Below are positions 54,946-64,000 of a DNA stretch of 64,000 nucleotides, piece after piece. The notes beneath the pieces are model-generated. The model was not told the origin of the DNA. It saw nothing but the letters and a program-made list of their open reading frames with translations, and did no database searches. Every line of letters begins with the position of its first letter. Position 1 is the stretch's first letter. The stretch lies in the NCBI GenBank assembly GCA_004297205.1, contig SCUL01000002.1, positions 594,893 to 658,892 of the forward strand, written 5' to 3'. Both the position numbers and the translations under genes were made by a program. This stretch comes from Patescibacteria group bacterium (GTDB taxonomy: Bacteria > Patescibacteriota > Patescibacteriia > 2-12-FULL-57-11).

Positions 54946-55578
54946 TTACTTCTTGACCGTGAACAGGACGTGGACGTAGACCCGGCCGTCGTCGACCTGG
55001 ATGGTCAGTTGTCCGCCTTCCTGGTCGTCGCCCTCGCCGCGGCCGAAGGCCATGATCGATCCCTGGTCGGTCGTGCCGCCGATGCTGCTGCTGATCGTCC
55101 AGCCCTTGGCCGGCAGCTCACGCTTGTACCAGGCATCCAACTCGGCCACCGCGGCCGTGCTTGTCCAGGTCGCGGTGTGCAGCTCGCCCTTGGGTGCGTC
55201 CACCACCGACCCGCTCACCACGGTCGTGCTGCCATGGATCGGAAAGTCGCGGGAAAAATTGGACGGCAGCCTGCCTTCCTCGGTCTTCAGCGTCGCGGTG
55301 TTCCCTTCGTTGTCCGTGAAGGTGAAGGTGCCGTCTTCGCCGATCTTCATCGTTTCGCCATCCTTGCCGGAGAAGCTCACGGCGCCGCCGCGTTCGTCGA
55401 TCTTCACGCCGCCGGCTTCGAAGGCCTTCTTGAGGCCGAAGCCCACGGCTTTGGCGGCGATCCAGCCGCCGATCAGGGACAGCAGGCCAAGGCCCAGGAC
55501 CACCGCGAGGATGATCATCAGGATCTTTTTGTTGGAACCGGACGAGCTGCTCGGCGGCGTGGCGGACGGCGTGTCCAT
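54946..55578 (-). CDS. Hypothetical membrane-anchored surface protein
   Basis: TM helix then beta-rich domain (LPSNFSRDFPI, WYKRELPAKGW). Confidence 0.7.
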   Translation of the reverse strand: MDTPSATPPSSSSGSNKKILMIILAVVLGLGLLSLIGGWIAAKAVGFGLKKAFEAGGVKIDERGGAVSFSGKDGETMKIGEDGTFTFTDNEGNTATLKTEEGRLPSNFSRDFPIHGSTTVVSGSVVDAPKGELHTATWTSTAAVAELDAWYKRELPAKGWTISSSIGGTTDQGSIMAFGRGEGDDQEGGQLTIQVDDGRVYVHVLFTVKK

Positions 55579-55635
55579 ACGGAGGAGGTGTGAGGAGTTT
55601 GTGGGAGCGTACACCGGACGTTCGGTGCGGCCAAG

Positions 55636-56625
55636 TCAGATGCGGGAGATGGTTTTGCGGATTTCACGGCCCGGGTCGGCGCCCGCGAACAGGACACGGT
55701 CGACGAGGAACAGGAGCGGCGCGACGATCTTCTTGCGCTTGGCGAACGGGGCCAGCGCGCGGACGGCGCGCACGCCTTCGATGGTCTGGGCGGGGTCGTT
55801 CATTCTGATGCGGCAGGACGCGTCCAGGCACAGCTCTTCGCCGAAGCGGCGGTTGCGGCTGTGCGTCGAGGTGCCGGTCACGAACAGGTCGCCGAGACCC
55901 GCAAAGCCGTGGACGGCGTCGCTGCTCGTCGCGCCCAGGGCGCGCATCAGCCGGTTCATCTCCTCGACCGCCAAGGTCAGGAGCGCGGCTTTGGTGTTGG
56001 CGCCGAGCTTGGCGCCGTCGCACATGCCGAGCGCCAGCGCATAGACGTTTTTCAGGGTTCCGCCGAAGGCCGTTCCCGCCACGTCGGCCGTCGGCCGGAT
56101 GCGGAACGTCGGCGTCTCCAAGAGGCGCGCCACGCGCCGGGCCACGCGGACGTCGTGCGCCGCCACGTTCACGACCGTCGGCTGTCCGGCGGCGAACTCG
56201 GTGGCGATCGACGGGCCGGAGAGCGTGGCCAGCAGTTTCTTGTTGGGTCGCGGCAATTCGTCTTCGACCACGTCGATCATCGGCGCGAGCGACGCTTCGT
56301 CCACGCCCTTGGCGACGTTCAGGACGAGCGTGGTCGGGGAAAGATGGCGCGCCATCTGGCGGCTGACGGTCTGAACGACGTGCGATGGCACGGCCACGAT
56401 CACGAGTCCGGCGCCCTCGACCGCGTTCTCGATGCGCGCCACGGCGCGGACCGTGCGCGGCAGGCGGACGCCGGCAAGGTACTTCGTATTCTCCCGCCGT
56501 TTGGCGATCTGTTCGATGACGTCGGACTCGACCGACCACAAGACGACCGGGGCATGACGCGCCGCGCAGACGGCGAGCGCCGTGCCCATGTTGCCTGCAC
56601 CGAGGATGGCGATGTGCTTCGGCAT
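55636..56625 (-). CDS. gpsA: NAD(P)H-dependent glycerol-3-phosphate dehydrogenase
   Basis: ILGAGNMGTA, AVPS, AKG, LSGPS, LKNVYA, AGLGDL..T..S..SRNRRFG. Confidence 0.93.
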   Translation of the reverse strand: MPKHIAILGAGNMGTALAVCAARHAPVVLWSVESDVIEQIAKRRENTKYLAGVRLPRTVRAVARIENAVEGAGLVIVAVPSHVVQTVSRQMARHLSPTTLVLNVAKGVDEASLAPMIDVVEDELPRPNKKLLATLSGPSIATEFAAGQPTVVNVAAHDVRVARRVARLLETPTFRIRPTADVAGTAFGGTLKNVYALALGMCDGAKLGANTKAALLTLAVEEMNRLMRALGATSSDAVHGFAGLGDLFVTGTSTHSRNRRFGEELCLDASCRIRMNDPAQTIEGVRAVRALAPFAKRKKIVAPLLFLVDRVLFAGADPGREIRKTISRI

Positions 56626-56667
56626 ATGCGCGGATTGTAGCATGGGGAAAAAAAGTCGGCGTCCTTG

Positions 56668-57204
56668 TCAGGGAAGCCGAACGTCGATGATGCGCCAGTC
56701 GGCGCGGTCCGGAAGCGGCGCCTCACCCAGGTGGTGGAGCAGCGTGTTGTGGCTGCGGCCGTGGCCGACCAGGATCACCGCGCCCTCCGACGGTTCGGCG
56801 AGTGCGTCCGCGAGCGCGGCGAGGGTGCGTGCGAGTACGCCGTCGCGGTGCTCACCGCCCCAGGCGCGGAAGTCGTAGGGCGCGGCTGCGGGCGGCATCA
56901 CCCCGCCGATGATCTCCGCGACGTCGTCGAGCGTCTTGCCTTCGAGCGTGCCGAAGCCGCATTCCATGAGCCGCTTGTCGTGGTCCACGGTGCGGTGAAG
57001 CTTCGCACCAATGATCGTCGCCGTCTCCGACGCGCGGGAGAGTGACGAGCTGATGATGCGTGTCACGTTTTGCTCGCCCAAGGCACTGGCGATGATCTCT
57101 GCCTGCTCCCGCCCCACCCGGTTGAGCGGGATGTCGGTATGCCCTTGGATGCGCTTCTGTGCGTTCCAGTCCGTCAGGCAGTGGCGGACGAAAATTACCC
57201 GCAT
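56668..57204 (-). CDS. Histidine phosphatase (PGM family)
   Basis: FVRHCLTDWN, IQG..D..LN..G, SSSLSRA..TA, LME..FG..EG, LVGHG. Confidence 0.88.
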   Translation of the reverse strand: MRVIFVRHCLTDWNAQKRIQGHTDIPLNRVGREQAEIIASALGEQNVTRIISSSLSRASETATIIGAKLHRTVDHDKRLMECGFGTLEGKTLDDVAEIIGGVMPPAAAPYDFRAWGGEHRDGVLARTLAALADALAEPSEGAVILVGHGRSHNTLLHHLGEAPLPDRADWRIIDVRLP

Positions 57205-57222
57205 GTTTCCTCCGCGTTGATC

Positions 57223-58662
57223 CTACGGACGGGCGGGTGCCGCGTCAACCGCAGGCAGCGGAAGCGGCTCGGGCGGCGGCACCGGTTTGCCGAGCGGGAC
57301 CGGAACCGGCTGCGGATCTTCGCTCTGGAAGGCGTTCGGGTCGAGCGCCGGGACGATCACGGCGTGCGGATAGGAGTTGCCGAATTGGTCGGTGACGGTG
57401 CCGCGGAAGGCGACGACCGGCAGGAAGTAGGAGGCCGGACCCGTGCCGTCATCCGACCACTTCTGCAGATACCCGAGCCGCGCTTCGGTGAGCACGATGC
57501 GCACCACCGGGCGCTTGGCTTCCTCGGCCGGCGTGTAGACGCCTTCGCCCCACCCGCCCCAGGGGTTGATGCCGCCCAGGAGCGCCTTGGCGCGGATGGC
57601 GTCTGCGGACTGCGTCGGATAGAGCGAGCGTTCCAGACCGCGCAGGAGCGTCGCCGAACCGTTCTCGACGGCGCGCGTCGCGGCGGAAACCTGCACGGTG
57701 ATGACGCCGGAATCGGCGCCGTCCCAGTCGAGCGTCGGCAGATTGTCGAGCTTGGCGCCGTAGCGGACGGTCACGGTCTGCGGCCAGTAGCCGGGCCAGA
57801 TCGTCGGCATCATGTCCTTTACGGGCGCGACGGCGGACGTCGGCGGCGGACTCGTCACGGTGGCGTCGGCGGCCCGGCCTTCCATGATGCAGGCGCGGCC
57901 GTCGCCGCAGGGATCCGCATTGCGGATCACGGTCGGCCCGCCGTAGCTCGAAAGGTCCAAACCGAGCTTCGCCAGGAAGCCGTTGGCGATGCTGATCGCG
58001 TCACCGTCGCTGATCGTCGCTTCCGCATTCCCCGTGTCCGTCGCCCAGGCGCGGTCGCGGTACCAGGAGAGCATGCCGCTTGTGGCGTCGTAGGTGTAGG
58101 TCAGGCCGTCCTCGCCGCGCATGGAGAACGAGGCGATGCTCCCCCCCGGGAGATTCAAGCCGGCCGCGTCGGCAAAGGAGCGCGCCGCGCCGCCCAAGCC
58201 CGGCGGCCGGCTGCGGAAGACGGCCATCTCGCCCGGAACGGCGGGAAGCGCCGGTCCTTCCCAGGTCGTCACGATGCGCGGCGCCAAGTATTCCTCCGGC
58301 GGGATGCCGGGGCGCGTGATGCCGATCGATCCCGACGTGCCGCCGCCGCTTCCGGCAACCGCGGTTCCCGAGACGGCGATGTCGCGGGCAACCATCGGTT
58401 CCGCGCCGACGGACGGTGCCACGGCATCCTCCGTCACCGCACCCGTGACGCCCGCGGCAGCCGGACGGGGCGCCATGGCGAGGGCCGAGCGTTCCGCCGC
58501 GGAGACGCCGGCATCCGCGGTCGAGAGCCCCGGCAGTTTGCCGAAGCCCTGGCGGTCGGCAACCGGCGCGGATGACGGCGCGCGCGGCGCAATGGCCACG
58601 AGTCCGGCGATCAGCGCGACGCCGGCGAGCACGAGTCCTGCGGGGATGAGGAAGCGGGGCAT
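57223..58662 (-). CDS. Hypothetical membrane-anchored surface protein
   Basis: N-terminal TM helix, Ala/Pro-rich linker, globular region, Pro-rich tail. Confidence 0.7.
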   Translation of the reverse strand: MPRFLIPAGLVLAGVALIAGLVAIAPRAPSSAPVADRQGFGKLPGLSTADAGVSAAERSALAMAPRPAAAGVTGAVTEDAVAPSVGAEPMVARDIAVSGTAVAGSGGGTSGSIGITRPGIPPEEYLAPRIVTTWEGPALPAVPGEMAVFRSRPPGLGGAARSFADAAGLNLPGGSIASFSMRGEDGLTYTYDATSGMLSWYRDRAWATDTGNAEATISDGDAISIANGFLAKLGLDLSSYGGPTVIRNADPCGDGRACIMEGRAADATVTSPPPTSAVAPVKDMMPTIWPGYWPQTVTVRYGAKLDNLPTLDWDGADSGVITVQVSAATRAVENGSATLLRGLERSLYPTQSADAIRAKALLGGINPWGGWGEGVYTPAEEAKRPVVRIVLTEARLGYLQKWSDDGTGPASYFLPVVAFRGTVTDQFGNSYPHAVIVPALDPNAFQSEDPQPVPVPLGKPVPPPEPLPLPAVDAAPARP

Positions 58663-58763
58663 AGGAAAGAGATGTTCATGTGAACATACGGTGCGCGGAC
58701 CGCCGGTTTACAGGTTGACATGGGCGCCGCTGTCTGTTATTTCTGGCTCGAAGGAGGTGCATT

Positions 58764-59426
58764 TTGGGAAAGTCGTATCGGGGAGACTATGACATCAGTC
58801 TGCACGCAGTGCAGCGGTATGTCGAACGGGTGAAAGGAGAGCGCACGCCGAGTTACATGCCGCAGGAGCAGATCGACGCGGTGCGCCGCGAGATGCGCCG
58901 GGACCTGGCGATCGCCCGGGAGCTGCCGTCGGCAGCCGGACTCGCGCTTGCGGTCCGCGGTCTGCTCGCGCCCCTTCACTCCGCGCTCGTCTCGGAGACG
59001 CGAATCTACGTGTTGAAAGGCAGGAAGGTGGTGACCGTGCTCGTGGTCGAGCCGGAGATGCTCGCGCTTGCCGACGACCTCATCGAGCAGTCGGAAAAAG
59101 GGAGCGGCATTTTCAGTACGGACGGGCAGCGCTCCTCGGACACGTTCACGTGTGCGTTGCAGGACGACGCGGTCCCGGGGCTGAAGTCGCTCTCGATTCC
59201 GAATGGTTGTCTGGAGGTGTTCGAGGCGGCGTGGAAATGCGACCGTTACCACCACGACTTCGCGCCGCAGCTGGCTCGTCTGCGACGACGGTCGTATACG
59301 ATAGATCGGACGGTGTTTCTCAGACACACGAGTCTCAGTCCGGAGACCGCCTCGGTCTGCTACGCGCACGGCAATTTTCGTTTCGCGGTCCTCGACGGCA
59401 GGATGGTCGCCTGCGTCGTGGTGTGA
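58764..59426 (+). CDS. Hypothetical protein with a possible RelE/DUF4258-like RNase fold (possibly tandem)
   Basis: AAGGAGGTG SD, TTG start; ISLHAVQRYVER...IYVLKGRKVVTV; second half ends FRFAVLDGRMVACV. Confidence 0.55.
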   Translation: MGKSYRGDYDISLHAVQRYVERVKGERTPSYMPQEQIDAVRREMRRDLAIARELPSAAGLALAVRGLLAPLHSALVSETRIYVLKGRKVVTVLVVEPEMLALADDLIEQSEKGSGIFSTDGQRSSDTFTCALQDDAVPGLKSLSIPNGCLEVFEAAWKCDRYHHDFAPQLARLRRRSYTIDRTVFLRHTSLSPETASVCYAHGNFRFAVLDGRMVACVVV

Positions 59427-59490
59427 CGCGGTCCTGACCAGGGCCGCCTTTTCTTTTCCCGGCGCTGATCAGCTGCTAGGATGCCGGCGT

Positions 59491-60204
59491 ATGGCCAAGC
59501 ATTCGAAATGGGCGAAAGTGAAGAACTACAAGGGCGCGGCCGATGCCAAGCGCGCCGGCGTCTTCACGAAGCACGCCCGTGCCGTCGCCGTGGCCGCCCG
59601 TCATGGCGCCGATCCGTCCGCCAACTTCCAGCTGCGCATGGCCATGGACGCGGCGCGCGCCGACAACGTGCCGAACGACAACATCGAGCGGGCCATCGCC
59701 CGCGGCAGCGGCGCGGACGCCGGCGAGCAGATGAAGGAAGTGCTCTATGAGGGATTCGGTCCGGGCGGCTCGGCCCTGCTCATCGAAGCCGTGACCGACA
59801 ATCCCAACCGCACCGTCCAGAACCTCCGCCACATCATGTCGAAACTCGGCGGCAACCTTTCCGGCAGCGTGCAGTGGCAGTTTGAAAGGCGCGGCGTGCT
59901 GCGCCTGCCTGCAAGCGCCGGCAGCGGCGACGAATTCCAGCTGGCCTTGATCGATCTGGGCGCGGCCGACGTCGAGGCGGACGATGAGGGAACGACCGTC
60001 TTCACCGCGCCGGGCGACCTGGAGCGCGTGCGCGCCGCGCTCGTTGCCAAAGGGTGGACGCCGGAAGCGGCGGAGACCGCCTGGATCCCCAAAGAGCAGA
60101 TTGCGCTTTCCGGAACCGATGCCGAGAGCTTCGTGAAGCTCTGGGATGAATTGAACGGCGACGACGATGTGCAAAAGGTCGCGACCAATGCGACCTGGGA
60201 GTGA
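59491..60204 (+). CDS. yebC: YebC/PmpR family protein
   Basis: HSKWAKVK, NVPNDNIERAI, YEGFGPGG, TDNPNRT, DDDVQKV. Confidence 0.95.
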   Translation: MAKHSKWAKVKNYKGAADAKRAGVFTKHARAVAVAARHGADPSANFQLRMAMDAARADNVPNDNIERAIARGSGADAGEQMKEVLYEGFGPGGSALLIEAVTDNPNRTVQNLRHIMSKLGGNLSGSVQWQFERRGVLRLPASAGSGDEFQLALIDLGAADVEADDEGTTVFTAPGDLERVRAALVAKGWTPEAAETAWIPKEQIALSGTDAESFVKLWDELNGDDDVQKVATNATWE

Positions 60205-60719
60205 CTATGATCGTGCTGGGAATTGATCCGGGACTTGAGCGGCTCGGCTGGGCCGTGACGACGGAGGAGCGGGGAACACCGCGCGCCATGGCGTTCGGTT
60301 GTTTCCTGACGCAGCGCACGGCAGCGGTGGAGGAGCGCCTGGCGTTGCTCCAGGAGCACGTCCGCTCCGTGATCGCCCTGCACCGTCCGGAGGTCATGGC
60401 CGTAGAAAAACTGCTGTTCCAGAAAAACGTGAAGACCGCGATCGTCGTTGCCCAGGCGCGCGGCGTGGTGCTCGCCGCCGCGGCAGAGGCCGGACTCGGT
60501 CTCGTCGAGCAGACGCCCAACGCCATCAAGCTGGCGGTCACCGGCTACGGCGCTGCCGACAAAAAACAGGTTCAGCGCATGGTGCAGGTGTTGTACCGCC
60601 TGGCCGAACCGCCGCGGTCGGATGACGCCGCGGACGCCCTGGCCATCGCGTTTGCGGGGCACGCCGCCGCAACCATGCTCCGCAGGACCGGCGGAGGCCG
60701 TGGTACACTACGCGCATGA
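60201..60719 (+). CDS. ruvC: Holliday junction resolvase RuvC
   Basis: LGIDPG, AVEKL, QARG, IKLAVTGYGAADKKQV, DDAADALAIA. Confidence 0.95.
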   Translation: MTMIVLGIDPGLERLGWAVTTEERGTPRAMAFGCFLTQRTAAVEERLALLQEHVRSVIALHRPEVMAVEKLLFQKNVKTAIVVAQARGVVLAAAAEAGLGLVEQTPNAIKLAVTGYGAADKKQVQRMVQVLYRLAEPPRSDDAADALAIAFAGHAAATMLRRTGGGRGTLRA

Positions 60720-61636
60720 AACGCGACGCCGACACTCCGCGCATCGTCGTTGATCCGCTGTCCGGCCGGACGGCGGTCTTCGCGCCCAAGCGCGGCAAGC
60801 GCCCGCACGGCCACAGCGCCAAAGGCCGCAAAGATTTTCTCGCTTCGATCGAGGAGCGGGAAACGGTATTTGCACAGCGCGGCAAAGATCCGAACTGGCG
60901 CATCCGCGTCGTCGGCAACCTCTATCCGTCCTTCACGCCGGCCTACCGCGAGGCGTACGGCCACCAGGACCTGATCGTCGAAGGGCGCAGGTCGACCGCC
61001 ACGCTTGGCACCCTGCCGCCGTCCCTGGTGCGCGAAATCGTCGACGTCTGGGCGGAACGCACCGCGCACTACATGCGCGACCCCAAGGTGGGTTACATCG
61101 TCGTCTTCCACAGTTGGGGAGAGCGGTCCGGCGCCTCCATCGGACATCCGCACAGCCAGATCTACGCCTCGGCCTTCGTGCCGCCCTGGCTCGTTGCGGA
61201 GATGCGCCGCGCCAACCGGTTGCGCGTGCGCGGCGTCCACCCGGTGCTCGCCGAAGCGCGCCGCCTGCGCCGCTCGTCGCTTGCGGTCTGGTCGCGCGGC
61301 GGACTGCTGGCGTACTGCCCGCCGGCCAGCCGTTTTCCCTATGAGACCTGGATCACGCCGTTGCGCCCGGTCGACAACATTGCGGAGCTTACGGCCGGGG
61401 AGCGTCGAGTGCTCGCCGACATGCTCCGCGCCCTGGCGCGGACGTTGGAGCGGCATGACACAGCCTTCAACATCAGCTGCCACCAGCTGGTACGGCAGTC
61501 CGGCGAGCAGCTCGTCATCCGCGTCACGCCGCGCAGGACCATCCCGGCGGGGGTTGAACTCGACGCCGAGATGTATCTGAATCCGGTTTTTCCGGAGCAA
61601 GCCGCTCAACGCCTGCGCCGCGGTCTGGTACAGTGA
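60716..61636 (+). CDS. GalT-like (HIT superfamily) nucleotidyltransferase
   Basis: APKRGKRP, RVVGNLYP, GASIGHPHSQI, SRFPYE, AGVEL...NPVFPE. Confidence 0.85.
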   Translation: MKRDADTPRIVVDPLSGRTAVFAPKRGKRPHGHSAKGRKDFLASIEERETVFAQRGKDPNWRIRVVGNLYPSFTPAYREAYGHQDLIVEGRRSTATLGTLPPSLVREIVDVWAERTAHYMRDPKVGYIVVFHSWGERSGASIGHPHSQIYASAFVPPWLVAEMRRANRLRVRGVHPVLAEARRLRRSSLAVWSRGGLLAYCPPASRFPYETWITPLRPVDNIAELTAGERRVLADMLRALARTLERHDTAFNISCHQLVRQSGEQLVIRVTPRRTIPAGVELDAEMYLNPVFPEQAAQRLRRGLVQ

Positions 61637-61657
61637 GGGCGATGTCACACGAACGGT

Positions 61658-61867
61658 ATGCCCAACAGGAGGACCAAAACCAAGTCGCGCATCCAGGCAA
61701 CGACGCGGACGGCGACGGCCGTCGCACTTGGCACCGTGGGGATCGCGGCGATCGCTTCTGCTGCGCTGGCGTTCAACTTTCAGGAAACCAGCAACATGAT
61801 CCCGGGTACGGGGTTCAGGACGACCGATGCGGCGCCGAACGCGCCGACGACCTGGCCGGCACCGTGA
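61658..61867 (+). CDS. Small hypothetical exported peptide
   Basis: Basic N-terminus plus hydrophobic helix; weak support. Confidence 0.4.
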   Translation: MPNRRTKTKSRIQATTRTATAVALGTVGIAAIASAALAFNFQETSNMIPGTGFRTTDAAPNAPTTWPAP

Positions 61868-61973
61868 CACGCGTCGCCCTCATCCGGATGCTCAACCATG
61901 CCGACACGCCCGTCGCGCCCCGCGCCGGGCGTCTTGTTTTTTCGGAAAAAAACGGGAATGATAGGTGCGGTCT

Positions 61974-62048
61974 CGGTCCGTAGCTCAACGGTAGAGCGGT
62001 CGTCTTATACACGACTGGTTGCTGGTTCGAATCCAGCCGGACCGACCA
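61974..62048 (+). tRNA. tRNA-Ile(TAT)
   Basis: CGGTCCG...CGGACCG-ACCA; anticodon arm GTCGT-CT-TAT-AC-ACGAC; A73. Confidence 0.9.
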
Positions 62049-62054
62049 CATGAT

Positions 62055-62561
62055 ATGCCCCTCGTCCTCTTCCGCACCCCGTCCTTCCTGCGCAACTTCA
62101 TTTTCGGCGTCGAAGACTCGCTCGTTTCCACGGTCGGTTTGCTTTCGGGTGTCGCCATCGGCGGCGCCTCACGACGGACGATCTTGCTTGCCGGGATCGT
62201 GTTGATTTTCGTGGAAGCGTTCTCGATGGGCGTGGGCAGCTATCTCTCGGAGCAGAAGGCCCAGGAGTTTTCCAAACAGCGGATGATGCCGCCGCGCCGG
62301 GCGATCATCGGCAGCCTGGTGATGTTCGTCTCGTATTTCGTTTCCGGGTTCGTGCCGCTCGCACCGTACGTTTTTTTGGATCGCGATACGGCATTCGGCG
62401 TATCCATCCTGTGTTCGCTCATCGCACTCTTCCTGCTCGGCTTCGTCGGCGGGCGGCTGTTCCGGATGTCGGCCGTGCGTAACGGACTGGAGATGCTGGT
62501 CATCGGCGGGGCGGCGATCCTCATCGGCGTCGTCGTCGGCCGGTTCGTTCCCGCAGCGTAA
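62055..62561 (+). CDS. VIT1/CCC1 family iron/manganese transporter
   Basis: IFGVEDSLVSTVGLLSG, AFSMGVGSYLS, GFVPLAPY. Confidence 0.88.
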   Translation: MPLVLFRTPSFLRNFIFGVEDSLVSTVGLLSGVAIGGASRRTILLAGIVLIFVEAFSMGVGSYLSEQKAQEFSKQRMMPPRRAIIGSLVMFVSYFVSGFVPLAPYVFLDRDTAFGVSILCSLIALFLLGFVGGRLFRMSAVRNGLEMLVIGGAAILIGVVVGRFVPAA

Positions 62562-62611
62562 AAGCGGCCCCGGAAACGAAAAGACGGCCACCCTGAGGTG
62601 ACCGTCTTTTC

Positions 62612-62686
62612 TGGTGCCGGGGGCCAGAATTGAACTGGCGACGCCAGCCTCTTCAGGGCTGCGCTCTACCACTGAGCTACCCCGGC
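62612..62686 (-). tRNA. tRNA-Phe(GAA)
   Basis: GCCGGGG...CCCCGGC-ACCA, anticodon GAA. Confidence 0.95.
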
Positions 62687-62688
62687 TC

Positions 62689-62765
62689 TGGTGGGCGGCA
62701 GAGGAGTCGAACCTCTGACCTTCACAATGTCAATGTGACGCTCTAACCAACTGAGCTAGCCGCCC
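62689..62765 (-). tRNA. tRNA-Val(GAC)
   Basis: GGGCGGC...GCCGCCC-ACCA, anticodon GAC. Confidence 0.95.
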
Positions 62766-62838
62766 AAACGCGGGAGCAGAATACCCAAGGAGCGCCGGTC
62801 TGTAAAGAAGAGCGCCCCTCTTTCGAGGGGCGCTCTTC

Positions 62839-62913
62839 TGGAGCGGGCGAGGGGAATCGAACCCCTATCAGCAGGTTGGAAACCTGCGGTAATAGCCATT
62901 ATACGACGCCCGC
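62839..62913 (-). tRNA. tRNA-Gly(TCC)
   Basis: GCGGGCG...CGCCCGC-TCCA, anticodon TCC. Confidence 0.95.
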
Positions 62914-62920
62914 ATCTTCC

Positions 62921-62996
62921 TGGTCGGGCCGGTGGGACTCGAACCCACGACTTCCTGCTCCCAAAGCAGGCGCGCTACCAACTGCGCTACGGCCCG
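62921..62996 (-). tRNA. tRNA-Pro(TGG)
   Basis: CGGGCCG...CGGCCCG-ACCA, anticodon TGG. Confidence 0.95.
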
Positions 62997-63080
62997 AAAT
63001 CGATGTGAAGATACGCGAAAACCGCCGGACGGTCAACGATGACAGGAGCAGAAGTGCATGGTATCTTCTGCCCATCTTCT

Positions 63081-63746
63081 ATGGAATACCTCCAAACGGC
63101 CGTTGACCTGTTCGTGCACGTCGACGAGCACTTGAACACGCTCATCGTCCTGTTCGGGCCGTGGACCTACATCATCCTCTTCTCGATCATCTTCGCTGAA
63201 ACCGGACTCGTGGTGGCGCCGTTCCTGCCGGGCGACTCCATGATCTTCGCGGTTGGCAGCATTGCCGCGTTGGGTACGTTGAACATTTGGATCATCTACG
63301 TCCTGTTGCTGGTGGCCGCGATTTCCGGCGACAGCTTTAACTACTGGATCGGCGCCCGTTTCGGACGGCGCATCCTGGAGCGGACCAACGGCCGTCTGGT
63401 GAAGAAAGAGCACTTGGAAAAAACCGAAGTCTTCTTCGCCAAGCATGGAGCAAAGACGATCGTGCTCGCCCGTTTTATGCCGATCGTGCGCACCATCGCG
63501 CCGTTCGTGGCCGGGATCGGCCGCATGCCGTACGCCACGTTCGCCCTGTACAACGTGGTCGGCGGGTTCGTCTGGGTGACCATGTTCACCTGGGGCGGCT
63601 ACTGGTTCGGCAACATCCCCTGGGTGCGGCACAACTTCGAATATGTCATCCTCGGTATCGTCGCCACCTCGTTTCTTCCGCCGCTCTGGGAATTCGTCCG
63701 GGCGCGTCTGCGTCCCGCCAAAGATTCTGGTAGCATAGCTTCATGA
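63081..63746 (+). CDS. dedA: DedA family membrane protein
   Basis: FAETGLVVAPFLPGDS, GDSFNYWIG, LARFMPIVRT. Confidence 0.92.
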   Translation: MEYLQTAVDLFVHVDEHLNTLIVLFGPWTYIILFSIIFAETGLVVAPFLPGDSMIFAVGSIAALGTLNIWIIYVLLLVAAISGDSFNYWIGARFGRRILERTNGRLVKKEHLEKTEVFFAKHGAKTIVLARFMPIVRTIAPFVAGIGRMPYATFALYNVVGGFVWVTMFTWGGYWFGNIPWVRHNFEYVILGIVATSFLPPLWEFVRARLRPAKDSGSIAS

Positions 63747-64000
63747 AGCCGACCGCCAGACTCTTCGCCGCGTGGATCTCGCCCGCGCTGGAGCGCGCCC
63801 TGATCCGTCCGTTCTTTGAGCGCTTCCCGGACGGGGAGCTCTTTGTTGTGGGCGGCGCCGTGCGCGACGCCCTGCTCGGCCGCACCGCGAAGCGCGATCT
63901 GGATCTCGTGGCCCGCGGCGTGCCCGGCTCGACGCTGGAGCGGTTCCTCAAGGAGCATGGACGCGTCCACTACGTCGGCCGCACCTTTGGCGTCTGGAAG
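63743..64000 (+). CDS. CCA-adding enzyme/poly(A) polymerase family nucleotidyltransferase (5' part)
   Basis: Manual translation ...ELFVVGGAVRDALLGRTAKRDLDLV...; truncated by window end. Confidence 0.85.
   Translation, partial: MKPTARLFAAWISPALERALIRPFFERFPDGELFVVGGAVRDALLGRTAKRDLDLVARGVPGSTLERFLKEHGRVHYVGRTFGVWK

Overview
High-GC bacterial chromosome segment spanning the replication origin (dnaN-oriC-dnaA / rpmH-rnpA-yidD), with a parS cluster about 15 kb away and 11 tRNA genes. Gene content (TrmB regulator, RmuC, NYN gene between rpsO and pnp, K+-independent membrane PPase, many 'GAGC' lipoproteins, tRNA-Ile(UAU), almost no biosynthetic genes) suggests a Patescibacteria/CPR genome (Parcubacteria, possibly Uhrbacteria-like; this is an inference). 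No prophage, transposase, CRISPR array or canonical defence system is visible. Most unusual signals: (1) three long, highly structured non-coding regions (5470-5780 +, 10787-11194 -, 32725-33102 -), two with near-consensus sigma70 promoters and one forming a ~400-nt leader of an orphan gene; (2) a membrane-anchored, 22-Cys surface protein ending in a cleavage-type Hint domain; (3) two apparent translation-initiation regimes: SD-less/leaderless-like core genes versus SD-led, self-promoted orphan genes; (4) a ~140-aa domain shared by three secreted proteins with different cargo; (5) a tRNA-His 3'-end duplication around a short structured element; (6) variant TTATCCCCA DnaA boxes at oriC plus a remote DnaA-box cluster; (7) a beta-barrel-like protein in a probable monoderm. 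All RNA structures were paired by eye and need computational confirmation.
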